Part shown: positions 1 through 9,276 of the stretch, one piece after another | Numbering within the stretch: position 1 is the stretch's first letter | Layout: each line of letters begins with the position of its first letter | Assembly (NCBI GenBank): GCA_964354025.1 | Contig: CAYGXQ010000005.1 | Location: forward strand, 3,366 to 67,365 | Source: an uncultured Gammaproteobacteria bacterium | GTDB taxonomy: Bacteria; Patescibacteriota; Microgenomatia; 2-02-FULL-39-11 | Reading direction: 5' to 3' | DNA length: 64,000 bases | Made by a program: the position numbers and the translations under genes | Notes under the pieces: generated by a model | Database searches by the model: none | The model's input: only the letters and a program-made list of their open reading frames with translations | What the model was told of the DNA's origin: nothing

Positions 1-35
1 TAATAAGAGACACAAAAATAATAGGAATCTTTGAA

Positions 36-386
36 ATGAATGAGGATTCTATAGAAATGGGAGGATCTATAGCACGCGGAGGATTAGGAAACATTAAATT
101 ATCTTCACAATTTGCACTAAGTGCAAGTGCAGATGATTTGGCAATTTACTTAGCTCATGAAATTACCCATGTCGAACAATTTAATAAAGATCCCATAAGA
201 GAGCTTTTAAATCCTCTCTTAGGCAAAATTTTCTCAAGTGAATTCAATCATAATCTTGATACAGAAGAAACAGCATACTTATATGAATATTTAATATCCT
301 TAGAAATGAATCATAAAAGTAAGTATACAGAATGGAGTAAAAAACTTTACTCCAGTAGATCGGCATTAGAAGACGTATATCGTTAG
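36..386 (+). CDS. Small protein with an HExxH (HEITH) metallopeptidase-like motif. The frame is open to the window start, so this may be the 3' part of a longer, possibly toxin-tip, gene
   Basis: ORF track; HEITHVEQ seen in translation; no in-frame stop between nt 3 and the ATG. Confidence 0.4.
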   Translation: MNEDSIEMGGSIARGGLGNIKLSSQFALSASADDLAIYLAHEITHVEQFNKDPIRELLNPLLGKIFSSEFNHNLDTEETAYLYEYLISLEMNHKSKYTEWSKKLYSSRSALEDVYR

Positions 387-565
387 CACTAACAATAGCT
401 GTTTCCTAGAAATAAACCGGGGACGGTTCTCAAATAGGTACCGAATTGATAAAAATCATTTGATTACAAGGTTGGACCTTGTTTTGGGGCAGAAAAGCAT
501 GGGGGGATTTTGAGTTTTATAACCATTGACTGACAAGAGTGAGATTAGATAGAATATTATGATCG

Positions 566-781
566 ATGAAATATAATCTTAATCCTCAACAACTAGACAG
601 ATTATCAGAGATACTTGGTAATTTAGGATTGATTTTCTTTGCTTCTATTGTGTTGCCTATACTTCAAGGAAAAGAATCAGTTGATCCATTTGTGATGATT
701 TCTGGAGCAATCACTACCTCTGCTTGTCTATTTATGAGTTTACTTATCTTTGAGTTTACTTATCTTAAAGAAGGAGGTTAA
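566..781 (+). CDS. Small hydrophobic hypothetical protein
   Basis: ORF track only; two hydrophobic stretches. Confidence 0.3.
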   Translation: MKYNLNPQQLDRLSEILGNLGLIFFASIVLPILQGKESVDPFVMISGAITTSACLFMSLLIFEFTYLKEGG

Positions 782-899
782 AATTAAAGTATGAATATTA
801 ATATTAATCCACTTCAGGGCTTTTATCTGATTGGTGCTATTTTGCTTCTTGCGATAGCTATCCTGTTATACCCGACTCTTAAAAATCAATCCAAAAGAT

Positions 900-1060
900 A
901 ATATTCCGGTATTCCGTATTCCGGAACTATTCCGTATTCCGAGACGGTCCTTTAATTGATTGTCACCACCTTCCGGCTTCCGGAAATGAAGAAGTTTCAA
1001 TTATCGCCTGACGGATGACATCAAACGCGGACTGAAGTCCGCTACTCCGGAAATCTATAC
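900..1060. promoter_or_regulatory. Candidate regulatory array upstream of gene 1130-1957
   Basis: Five TATTCCG heptamers (902-941), TTCCGGAA palindromes (919-926, 978-985, similar at 1045-1052) and hairpin GCGGACT-GAA-AGTCCGC (1027-1042) seen directly. Confidence 0.35.
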
Positions 1061-1129
1061 CTTCCTCTTTTTCCCTCTTGACTCGGGATTATTTATACCT
1101 ATATAAATAAATTAGGTAGATAATTTTTC

Positions 1130-1957
1130 ATGAAAAAAAAGCTGCTCGTTGTTGTTTTATTGGGGATTCTTTTTTTGCTGCCTGTAGCTCTATACGCTTT
1201 GAAAAACGCTACTGGCGATACCCGCTCCAAAGCAAGTAATCCTAATATCCCTCCGCAAAACATCACCATCACTAATCTCAATGCTGAAGGTTTCACCGTC
1301 AACTGGCTGACAACTAATCCAACTGTTGGCAAAATATATTACGCCAAAAAAACAGATTTTGACCGGATCAAAATCCCCAACCTGATGGCGGTAGAAAGTT
1401 TTGATACTGATCAATCGCCGCCGAAAGGATTTCTACCAAATACCCACAGCGTCACTTTAACCGGACTTTCCCCCCTCACCGAATATGCCGTCTTCATCTG
1501 CAATTCAAACAGCTGCAACAATAACCAGTTATACGGCATGGGTATCGCCACCGCTACCGGCAGCGCTGTCCGGCAAGGTATTGGCATCCCGATGAAGGTG
1601 AAAACACTCACCCCGATAAATCCGCCTGAAGAATCCAAACCGATTTTCGGCACTTTGAAATTTACCAACAAAAAGATACCAACCTCAATACTAATATTTG
1701 CCACCTTGAAAAAAGGCGCTTCAGTTTCCGCGCCTTTATCCGTCTCGATATTGCCGACTGCCGTCCAGACCGAAATTCCCTTTTCCATTGAACTGGCCAA
1801 CGCTAAACTGGCAGACCTGACCGGCAACTTCCCTATTGAAGAGACTGACCTGATCACGGTCAAAGCCTTTTGGGTCGAAGACGCTAAAGTGAAAACTAAG
1901 CAATTTGTCTATCCGGTTTCCCAAAGTTTCCCGATTAAAGACATTTTGGCATTATGA
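1130..1957 (+). CDS. Secreted or membrane-anchored protein with a fibronectin-III-like segment
   Basis: N-terminal MKKKLLVVVLLGILFLLPVALYA signal; an ITITNL..GFTVNWL..Y motif typical of FN3; ATGA overlap with the next gene. Confidence 0.55.
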   Translation: MKKKLLVVVLLGILFLLPVALYALKNATGDTRSKASNPNIPPQNITITNLNAEGFTVNWLTTNPTVGKIYYAKKTDFDRIKIPNLMAVESFDTDQSPPKGFLPNTHSVTLTGLSPLTEYAVFICNSNSCNNNQLYGMGIATATGSAVRQGIGIPMKVKTLTPINPPEESKPIFGTLKFTNKKIPTSILIFATLKKGASVSAPLSVSILPTAVQTEIPFSIELANAKLADLTGNFPIEETDLITVKAFWVEDAKVKTKQFVYPVSQSFPIKDILAL

Positions 1958-4900
1958 CAGACGTAACCAATCCAATACAAATAAATCCAGTACAACCTAA
2001 TCCGGTCCAATCGCCCGCTCCATCTGAAGAGAAACCGGCAGGATCGAAAATATCCGTGAAAAAGATCGTCCTCAGTCTGTTTATCATTATTATTATCTGT
2101 CTCCTTGTCCCGATATTAGTGCTCTTTTTAAATCCTTTCGGGATACTGACAAACCGTATCAATCAGGCAAAAACAATAACAACTGAGAATAAAACCTCTT
2201 TTGACCGGCTGATAGACAGGGTTGTCCTGATACCGGAAACATTTACCCAAAAATTTATACCGGTGAAAAAACCGGCTGACAGTTTTTTGAACAGAGAGAT
2301 CAAGTCATATTACGAGAATAAAGATAAACCGGATCAAATAAAAATCATTTACAGCAACCAGCCGGAACTGACTACTCCTCAAGCAACTGACAGCGGCAAT
2401 GTCCGGGGAATCAGTACGGACAGCCGGGGCGAAGTCCTCGCGGCTGTCAACCAGTTTTATGTCCAATATATGCCCATGCCCGGCAAGGCCAACTTTTCTT
2501 CCAACCAATTTAACGGTTCCGCTTCTTTAAGTTATCCTCTCAACCTGCCGAAAGGTCCGGGCGGTTTTACTCCCGGTGTCAGCCTGAATTATTCTTCCGA
2601 AAGCGTCGATGCACTGATGCAGCAGACGGATACCAAAAAACTGCAGTATTTTGCCCGGCAAAGCGGTCCGGTTGGTTTGGGCTGGTCGCTTTCCGCCGGC
2701 GAGGGTTCGGTAAATGTGGACCGTCATGGCAGTGAAAATCCCTGTTCATGGAATTATAAATTATCTTTCTCCGGCGGATCGGCGGAATTTTTCAAAGTCG
2801 ATGACAACGGCAATCCGATTACAAGTTGTAAAGACGCCAACACGGTCAGCCCCGAATGGCTAAATTCCAAAAAATGGCGCACCAACCCGGAGCTTTTTCT
2901 CAAAATCGAGCAGGGCTGGGCCAGTGATTTATTCCCCGGCGACTCTGATTTTTCTTTCTCCAGAACCAGGGTCGGCGATGCACAAGTCAACAATCCCGGC
3001 CAGGACGCCCGGGAAGAAAGATTTGATATCTGGAAAGTGACTACTCCGGACGGCTCCGAATACGTCTTCGGCAACGGTAAACAGGAACATTACAGCCAGA
3101 GAGCTCAACCTCAGGGCGATACTTACATCTTTATGATAAAAGGTTTAAATGACAGCCAGATAAATACCTGGAAACAATACCGCGTGAAAAATCTCTTCGG
3201 GCAAAAAATGATTTACCGCTATAATCCGGTTTGGAACGCCTCGGCTCTATGGGTCGGTGAGGGTAACGTTTCCGTCAGTAATCTTGCCGGTATCGAATAC
3301 GGAGTAAACAAGATCGAGTTCCTTTATAACCAGGCAAGAAAGGATACCGGACTGGTAAAAGAAAACGGTCTTTATTGGGCGCAAAATCCTTATGAATACA
3401 CTTATATCGCTCCATATGCCCTTTCGGCCATCAAGGTCTATTCCAAAACCAGCCAGCTTTTGAAAACCTATGAATTAACATATTGGGACGGAAACGCGAC
3501 CGGGAACGGGGCATGGATAGATGCAAATTCGACTGAAGTCGGCCAGCCATGCGGCGGATTCTGGGACTCGGCTCACCCAATCACATATCAGGTAAAAGGA
3601 TATTATAAAATTAACAATGACCAAAATGTCCAGTCATATCACTTAGTCCTCAAATCAATTAAGGAAACTACGCCTTCCGGTGCTTCCCTGCCACCCCAAA
3701 CTTTCACCTATCAAAAAGTTGATGATATTATCAATATGCTTGATCCTTCTCCGCCCGCGGGCAAAAGCAAAGGCTGCTGGCAAATTACTCCCAAAACCGT
3801 AACAAACCGCAACAGTATCTATATCCAAACCGCCGATAACGGCTTCGGAGGCAAGACTGAATATATTTTTGAGACAGCCAGAAAAGCCGACCGGATTTAT
3901 TTGCCTGAGGGTACTAATTTCTTGGATAACGGTTACGACAATCCGGTATTTGATTATAATACTGTTATTGATGACGCGTCGAAAACTGCCTTTTACGAGA
4001 AGTATGAAAGGCCGTTTCGGCAAAGAGGCTTAAGAAGAGCGCGCCTGCAAAGAATCAAAGTCTCCGACGGCCTGAATAATTTTAATGAATCATATTTTGA
4101 TTATGGTACGGCAGAACCGAAAACTGTCCTGAAGCAGATAGGCAAAAGTTACGCTTATGTGGAAAATACTTATGATGATGATTTTGTCGGTTACAGCGGT
4201 GTAACCGTCTATTCCGGTAAGAAAAACCTCGCTCTCAACCCAGGCAGCATTAACTCCTGGGCTTCCAAATCAAAAACTTATTATCACCAGATACTGACTT
4301 CTTCCGGCTGCGCCAAAAAAGATCCCCGGGCCGGTTCCAACTACCGCAGTCAGGGATTTGACGAAAACGGCATCATCTCGGAAAGTGTCCAATACAGCCG
4401 TTTTAAAAATTGGACTGATGTTACCAATAACATCAATTCACTTCCCAATCCAATCGGTGAATCCTGTGCAGACATTCCTCCAAGACCGGTGGTTTTTCAA
4501 TTAAAAACGGATTCTATCACCGCAAAACAGGGTGAAAACGTAGCTTCTCTTTTTGACGCTTGCACGACCACACATCCTTCTTACTGTAATATTATCCAGA
4601 CCGAAGTGAAGAATTATGATTGGGATCCAACGAGTAATACCAATCCGGAAAAAAACAAATTCGGCGCTCTTATAAAGACTGAATCATATTTGAGGAAATA
4701 CGAAAGTGGATCTTATGTCCTGAATAAACTGGCCAGCTCCCAGATCAACTATCTGTCACAGGGCTATAAATACGGAGACTCAAGCACCTACCTTCTCAAT
4801 AAACCTTATGAAACCTGGATTAATAACCCTGTTTCTGACGGTAAAAGATACAAATGGCAAAGAACGTATTATGATAATCAGGCTTTCGGGATACTGAACG

Positions 4901-7900
4901 GAATCGGCAAAAATCTCACCACGAAAACAGAAACCTGTCTCTATGAGAATGCGACATGTAAGATTGCCGGTCAATCGGAAATCCTGCAATATGATAGCTA
5001 TGGAAACGCTCTTCAGGTAAAAGACGGTCAGGGCAATATCAGTAAAACTTCCTATGACGGCACATATAATGCTTATCCGAAGAAATCCATTAATGCTTTA
5101 GGCCAATTCAGCACCACCGAGTATGACTTTGAGACCTCTATCTCTGCTACCAACCCGACCAATCTCGGCTTACCAGTATCAGTAACCGATATTAATGGTC
5201 TAGTTTCCAAAAGCACTTATGACGCTTTGGGCTGGCTGAAAGCTGTTTATAAACCGGGTGACACAACTCCATCAGCAGAATTTGAATATCATCTTAATGA
5301 AAACTCACTCTATGGCGTTCCGATTGCCGTCATGGCCAAAGTCCGGACAGAAAAAGGGACGACTGATGAGGCAAAAATTCTCAAGACTTATGACCTTTAT
5401 GACGGTCTGGGCAACAAAGTCCAATCCCAATCGCTCATACGCAATAATAATATTGACCAATTCATTACATCATACGCCGACGTCGACTACACCTGGAATC
5501 AAAATAATCCCGGAGTCAAAACTATCGCCAGCGAAAATTATGACACGGCAAATTTTGGAAAGCTCAACACCACAATGGTCGGGACGACGACCGGAACCGC
5601 CAAGAAATCTTATGCTTTTGCCAATCTCTCCGGCCAGAACTGGAAAAGCATTGATATGAACGGTAACGTCAGCTACTCATACAGCAATCCGGAAGATTTC
5701 ACCGCTAAAACCGTTTCCCCCAACGGTCTGATCGCTTATGCCGCTGCTGATCCGGTTGCCCGAACACAAACCGGTTCAGTCTGTAAAGACATTGTCAGCG
5801 GTTATACTCCCAATGACGGTACTTTTTTAACTGATAAATTCCTACGCAGCTGTCCCGTCTCCGGAGCAAAAATCTCCACCAAGACCGTCTCCGATTTCAT
5901 GGGTAATACCACCTATGTGTATGACAATCTAGGGATCACCAGCGGCGGAAAGCCTTTAACTACCAATATTTATGACTCACTCGGCCGGCTGCGAACCTCA
6001 AATGATGCTGATTTGGGTATTTCAAACGTCGTCGATTTCGATCTTAACGGCAATATTTTAAAAACTACAAACGCGGCCGGGACCGAATTTAGAACTACCT
6101 ATGACGCTCTTAACCGTCCGTTTGAAAAATATGTCGCTGGACAGCTTCGAAATAAATTCTATTATGACCAACCGTATGATGGCCGGATTTGCGGTACTAC
6201 TAGTACTGCTACTAAAGGCAAACTTTGCAAAAAAGAAGAATGGGGCAATGATCCTTTAAGTCCTTCTTCGCAGGGTAATCTGATCCTTAAATATCTCAAA
6301 TATGACGATCTGGGAAGAGTGCTTGAGGAAAGAGTCAATTACGGCGGGACGCTGGCTTCAAAATTCGGCGGCAGCGACTTTGTCACTTCTTATACTTATG
6401 ACAATATCGACCGGGTTTTGACGGTAAAATACCCCGATTTTGCCGGCTCGGGGATTCCCCCAGAAACTGTCACCAATACTTATACGGGGCCTTATCTTTC
6501 GATGGTCAAAGGGGATAAAAATTATGTTAACAGTTTAGCTTATGATTACTTGGGACGCTTAACTAAAAGATCCTTAAATGGAGGAACCGTTTACCCGATA
6601 ACTGAAGACTATGCTTATGACGTCAACAGAAGGCTTTCACAAATCCAGGTCACCAACGTTTCAAAAGATCAGGGCACTTTCAAAGGGGTTAATTTGGCTT
6701 ATAACAATTATGACAGTGCTACCGGCAATATTTTAGGTATTATGGACAACGCTATCTACGCTAACCCGTTGCTTTCCAAAACCATGAATTATAAATACGA
6801 TAATCTTTCCCGACTGGTTTGCGCTGATTCGAGCACTAATTGTAATAATCCCCAGTTTGCCAATGCCCAAAACACATATTCATATGACGATCTGAATAAT
6901 TTATTAAACAAAAAAGAAGATAAAAATTATGCTTTTGCTATCGACAGCAACTTCCCCTACCACGGAGTGAAAAAAGTGACCGCCGGAACTACTCCCGGAC
7001 CAGGTATTTCTTATGATAACCTCGGCCGGATGACTTCCTATACCGTCCCCGGAGGATACCAGATCGATATCCCGAAAGCTGATGGCTTTGACCTCAATTC
7101 CGGCAAGCCGCAAAAGATAGTTTATACCAATCTGGCTGCTATGCCTACTTTAGCATCAACTCCGATTCCCACCGTCACCAAAACTCCGACTCCGACGGCT
7201 ACCAAAACACTGACGCCGACCACGACCGCCGCCGCACAACCGACACTCACTCCAACCAAAACGCTTACACCAACTATTACCAAATCACCCACTCCGACGA
7301 TAACCGGTCAGGCAGTCAAATCACCCACGCCGACTGTCACCAAAACACCCACACCGACAGCAACAGGTGCGGCTGTCAAAACTCCGACTCCGACTACTGC
7401 TCAAACCCAAACCGGAAACATTTTGACTCTTCAACCTTCTCCGGCCGTAAATAACAATCTATCCCTTAATACATCTCTTTCGCCTTCTGCGATCATGACC
7501 AAAGTCAGAAGCACCTGTTCCGTCACCGAAAACAGTAAACTTTCGTATAACACGGCATCAACAAAATACACTTATTCTGTTGTCGTCATCCTGGGTAAAA
7601 CTTATTCATTTAACAACTTCAAGATTCCCACTATTCCCCCTAATGGAATATTTTCCATTTCTTACTCGGGCGGGAAATCAAACTGCCAGGTCAGCTTCCC
7701 CGCCGCCTTAGGCATCCAGGTCCAAGCCCAAACTCCGAGCAACGCGGTCACCGAAGTCTATTATTACGACGGCGAAGGAAGCAGAATCATGAAAGCGCTG
7801 GTAGGTTCTGACGGTAAACTGTCTAATGAAGTCCTTTATATCAACCAATATCTGGAAAAAGACAGAGGCGGCAAACTTTTCCGGAAAAATTATTACGCCG

Positions 7901-8778
7901 ACGGCAAACTGGTCGCGGTCAGAAATTTTAATTATCTGGACAGTGAACCGGCCATCCCCGCTATCACTGCCGTGCCAACTGGCCAATATAACCCAATTTC
8001 AACTATTACAGCCGGAGCCTATGCCACTGCCGCTCCCTACCGTTCACCGACTCCGTTGCCGCCCGGTGCCGCTACTCTTACCCCAACTCTCCCCCCCGGA
8101 ATCTATCTGAATTCCGGCGGGAATATTTCAACAACAGTAGGAGGAAACGGGCAATTTAAATCCTGTACTTCAGTATGTAATGCTAATAATGGTAAAGTTT
8201 GCGTCAGTGTCGGAACCGATATTTACGGTTCAAATGGGATGCTTAAAACTTGGGATGCCTCAAATGGAGGTACCGGAGAATGTTTTGACGGAAATAACAG
8301 CGGTACGCCGATTAATTGTACTGATATTATTACTGACAAAGGAGGCCGGCCCAAAGCCTGCCCGGACAGCGGACATCTGACCAACTGGACCAATTGCAAC
8401 TGCGCCAATCCTTCTCCTACTGTCACGCCCACAAAAATTCCTCCTACCGCTACCCCCACTAAAACACCCACGCCTACTCCAGCTTTAGTGATAGAAATAA
8501 ATGATGGAACGAAAGCAACAACTTGTACAACTCTCTGTTTAAACTCAACCAAAGCTCCAGGTTCCTCTTGTATCAGCGTAGGAATAAACGCTCAAGCTAA
8601 TGATCGCTACATGATGACTCTGGGTAAAGATGATATCTATGGTCAGTGCATAACATACTCAGATGAGAATCTTAATTGTTCCTCAATTATGGGAAATAAA
8701 TTTAGTATGAGCAAATCTTGCAGTAATACTCTCGGTGAAACTCATATCGCCAACTGGACTAAATGCAAATGTCAATAA
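1954..8778 (+). CDS. Giant (2274 aa) membrane-anchored YD/RHS-repeat protein with a Thr/Pro linker and C-terminal Cys-rich modules
   Basis: Repeated YDxxGR(L/M) motifs (YDSLGRL, YDALNRP, YDDLGRVL, YDNIDRVL, YDYLGRL, YDNLSRL, YDNLGRMTSY); N-terminal TM helix; TPTPT linker; no DPxGL-type RHS core seen. Confidence 0.85.
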   Translation: MTDVTNPIQINPVQPNPVQSPAPSEEKPAGSKISVKKIVLSLFIIIIICLLVPILVLFLNPFGILTNRINQAKTITTENKTSFDRLIDRVVLIPETFTQKFIPVKKPADSFLNREIKSYYENKDKPDQIKIIYSNQPELTTPQATDSGNVRGISTDSRGEVLAAVNQFYVQYMPMPGKANFSSNQFNGSASLSYPLNLPKGPGGFTPGVSLNYSSESVDALMQQTDTKKLQYFARQSGPVGLGWSLSAGEGSVNVDRHGSENPCSWNYKLSFSGGSAEFFKVDDNGNPITSCKDANTVSPEWLNSKKWRTNPELFLKIEQGWASDLFPGDSDFSFSRTRVGDAQVNNPGQDAREERFDIWKVTTPDGSEYVFGNGKQEHYSQRAQPQGDTYIFMIKGLNDSQINTWKQYRVKNLFGQKMIYRYNPVWNASALWVGEGNVSVSNLAGIEYGVNKIEFLYNQARKDTGLVKENGLYWAQNPYEYTYIAPYALSAIKVYSKTSQLLKTYELTYWDGNATGNGAWIDANSTEVGQPCGGFWDSAHPITYQVKGYYKINNDQNVQSYHLVLKSIKETTPSGASLPPQTFTYQKVDDIINMLDPSPPAGKSKGCWQITPKTVTNRNSIYIQTADNGFGGKTEYIFETARKADRIYLPEGTNFLDNGYDNPVFDYNTVIDDASKTAFYEKYERPFRQRGLRRARLQRIKVSDGLNNFNESYFDYGTAEPKTVLKQIGKSYAYVENTYDDDFVGYSGVTVYSGKKNLALNPGSINSWASKSKTYYHQILTSSGCAKKDPRAGSNYRSQGFDENGIISESVQYSRFKNWTDVTNNINSLPNPIGESCADIPPRPVVFQLKTDSITAKQGENVASLFDACTTTHPSYCNIIQTEVKNYDWDPTSNTNPEKNKFGALIKTESYLRKYESGSYVLNKLASSQINYLSQGYKYGDSSTYLLNKPYETWINNPVSDGKRYKWQRTYYDNQAFGILNGIGKNLTTKTETCLYENATCKIAGQSEILQYDSYGNALQVKDGQGNISKTSYDGTYNAYPKKSINALGQFSTTEYDFETSISATNPTNLGLPVSVTDINGLVSKSTYDALGWLKAVYKPGDTTPSAEFEYHLNENSLYGVPIAVMAKVRTEKGTTDEAKILKTYDLYDGLGNKVQSQSLIRNNNIDQFITSYADVDYTWNQNNPGVKTIASENYDTANFGKLNTTMVGTTTGTAKKSYAFANLSGQNWKSIDMNGNVSYSYSNPEDFTAKTVSPNGLIAYAAADPVARTQTGSVCKDIVSGYTPNDGTFLTDKFLRSCPVSGAKISTKTVSDFMGNTTYVYDNLGITSGGKPLTTNIYDSLGRLRTSNDADLGISNVVDFDLNGNILKTTNAAGTEFRTTYDALNRPFEKYVAGQLRNKFYYDQPYDGRICGTTSTATKGKLCKKEEWGNDPLSPSSQGNLILKYLKYDDLGRVLEERVNYGGTLASKFGGSDFVTSYTYDNIDRVLTVKYPDFAGSGIPPETVTNTYTGPYLSMVKGDKNYVNSLAYDYLGRLTKRSLNGGTVYPITEDYAYDVNRRLSQIQVTNVSKDQGTFKGVNLAYNNYDSATGNILGIMDNAIYANPLLSKTMNYKYDNLSRLVCADSSTNCNNPQFANAQNTYSYDDLNNLLNKKEDKNYAFAIDSNFPYHGVKKVTAGTTPGPGISYDNLGRMTSYTVPGGYQIDIPKADGFDLNSGKPQKIVYTNLAAMPTLASTPIPTVTKTPTPTATKTLTPTTTAAAQPTLTPTKTLTPTITKSPTPTITGQAVKSPTPTVTKTPTPTATGAAVKTPTPTTAQTQTGNILTLQPSPAVNNNLSLNTSLSPSAIMTKVRSTCSVTENSKLSYNTASTKYTYSVVVILGKTYSFNNFKIPTIPPNGIFSISYSGGKSNCQVSFPAALGIQVQAQTPSNAVTEVYYYDGEGSRIMKALVGSDGKLSNEVLYINQYLEKDRGGKLFRKNYYADGKLVAVRNFNYLDSEPAIPAITAVPTGQYNPISTITAGAYATAAPYRSPTPLPPGAATLTPTLPPGIYLNSGGNISTTVGGNGQFKSCTSVCNANNGKVCVSVGTDIYGSNGMLKTWDASNGGTGECFDGNNSGTPINCTDIITDKGGRPKACPDSGHLTNWTNCNCANPSPTVTPTKIPPTATPTKTPTPTPALVIEINDGTKATTCTTLCLNSTKAPGSSCISVGINAQANDRYMMTLGKDDIYGQCITYSDENLNCSSIMGNKFSMSKSCSNTLGETHIANWTKCKCQ

Positions 8779-8799
8779 AAATAATCCTACACCGATTTC

Positions 8800-9216
8800 T
8801 TATATCCGCAGATTTTGAGGAATAAAAATGAGGTCCGTTTCCCTTTTGGCCGCCGCTTCGTCTTCTGAGGCATGAATGGCGTTTTGCTGGATGTCTGTCC
8901 CGAAGTCGCCGCGGATGGTTCCTTTACCCGCTTTGGTACTGTCTGTCGGACCGCACAATGCCCGCACGCGGCTGACAACATCTTTTCCTTCCCAGAGCAT
9001 CGCCATGACCGGTGTTTCCTGCATAAATTTTTTCAACCCTGGAAAAAACGGCTTCTCTTTGTGATGGGCATACCACTGATCAAGAAGTTTATCGGAGAGC
9101 CTGACGAATTTGGCCCCTGCCAGGATAAAACCGGCTTTCTCGAAGCGGGAGATAATTTCACCGATCACCTTTTTCTTGACGGTGTCGGGCTTGATGAGAA
9201 TGACTGTCTGTTCCAT
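8800..9216 (-). CDS. ndk: Nucleoside diphosphate kinase
   Basis: Full-length similarity pattern (ILIKPD..GEII..FE..GF, NAIHASD-like, catalytic His region). Confidence 0.9.
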   Translation of the reverse strand: MEQTVILIKPDTVKKKVIGEIISRFEKAGFILAGAKFVRLSDKLLDQWYAHHKEKPFFPGLKKFMQETPVMAMLWEGKDVVSRVRALCGPTDSTKAGKGTIRGDFGTDIQQNAIHASEDEAAAKRETDLIFIPQNLRI

Positions 9217-9220
9217 AAAA

Positions 9221-9276
9221 TTAGCGTTTAGCTCCTAGCGTTTAGCGTTTCGTTTATAACTAGACGCTAGACGCTA
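9221..9276. repeat. Composite heptamer repeat: (TAGCGTT)n half followed by (CTAGACG)n half
   Basis: tagcgtttagctcctagcgtttagcgttt...ctagacgctagacgcta. Copies of the same family lie at 37037-37107 (inverted) and, split, at 37781-37813 plus 37959-37990. Confidence 0.7.

Noticed and set aside
2305-8552. Numerous 60-130 aa ORFs on both strands inside the giant YD-repeat gene (the track lists many)
   Set aside because: All lie within the continuous 2274 aa reading frame or antisense to it; no independent support.
8872-9231. Plus-strand ORFs overlapping ndk (8872-9231, 8876-9064)
   Set aside because: Antisense to a well-supported ndk gene with no motifs; spurious.
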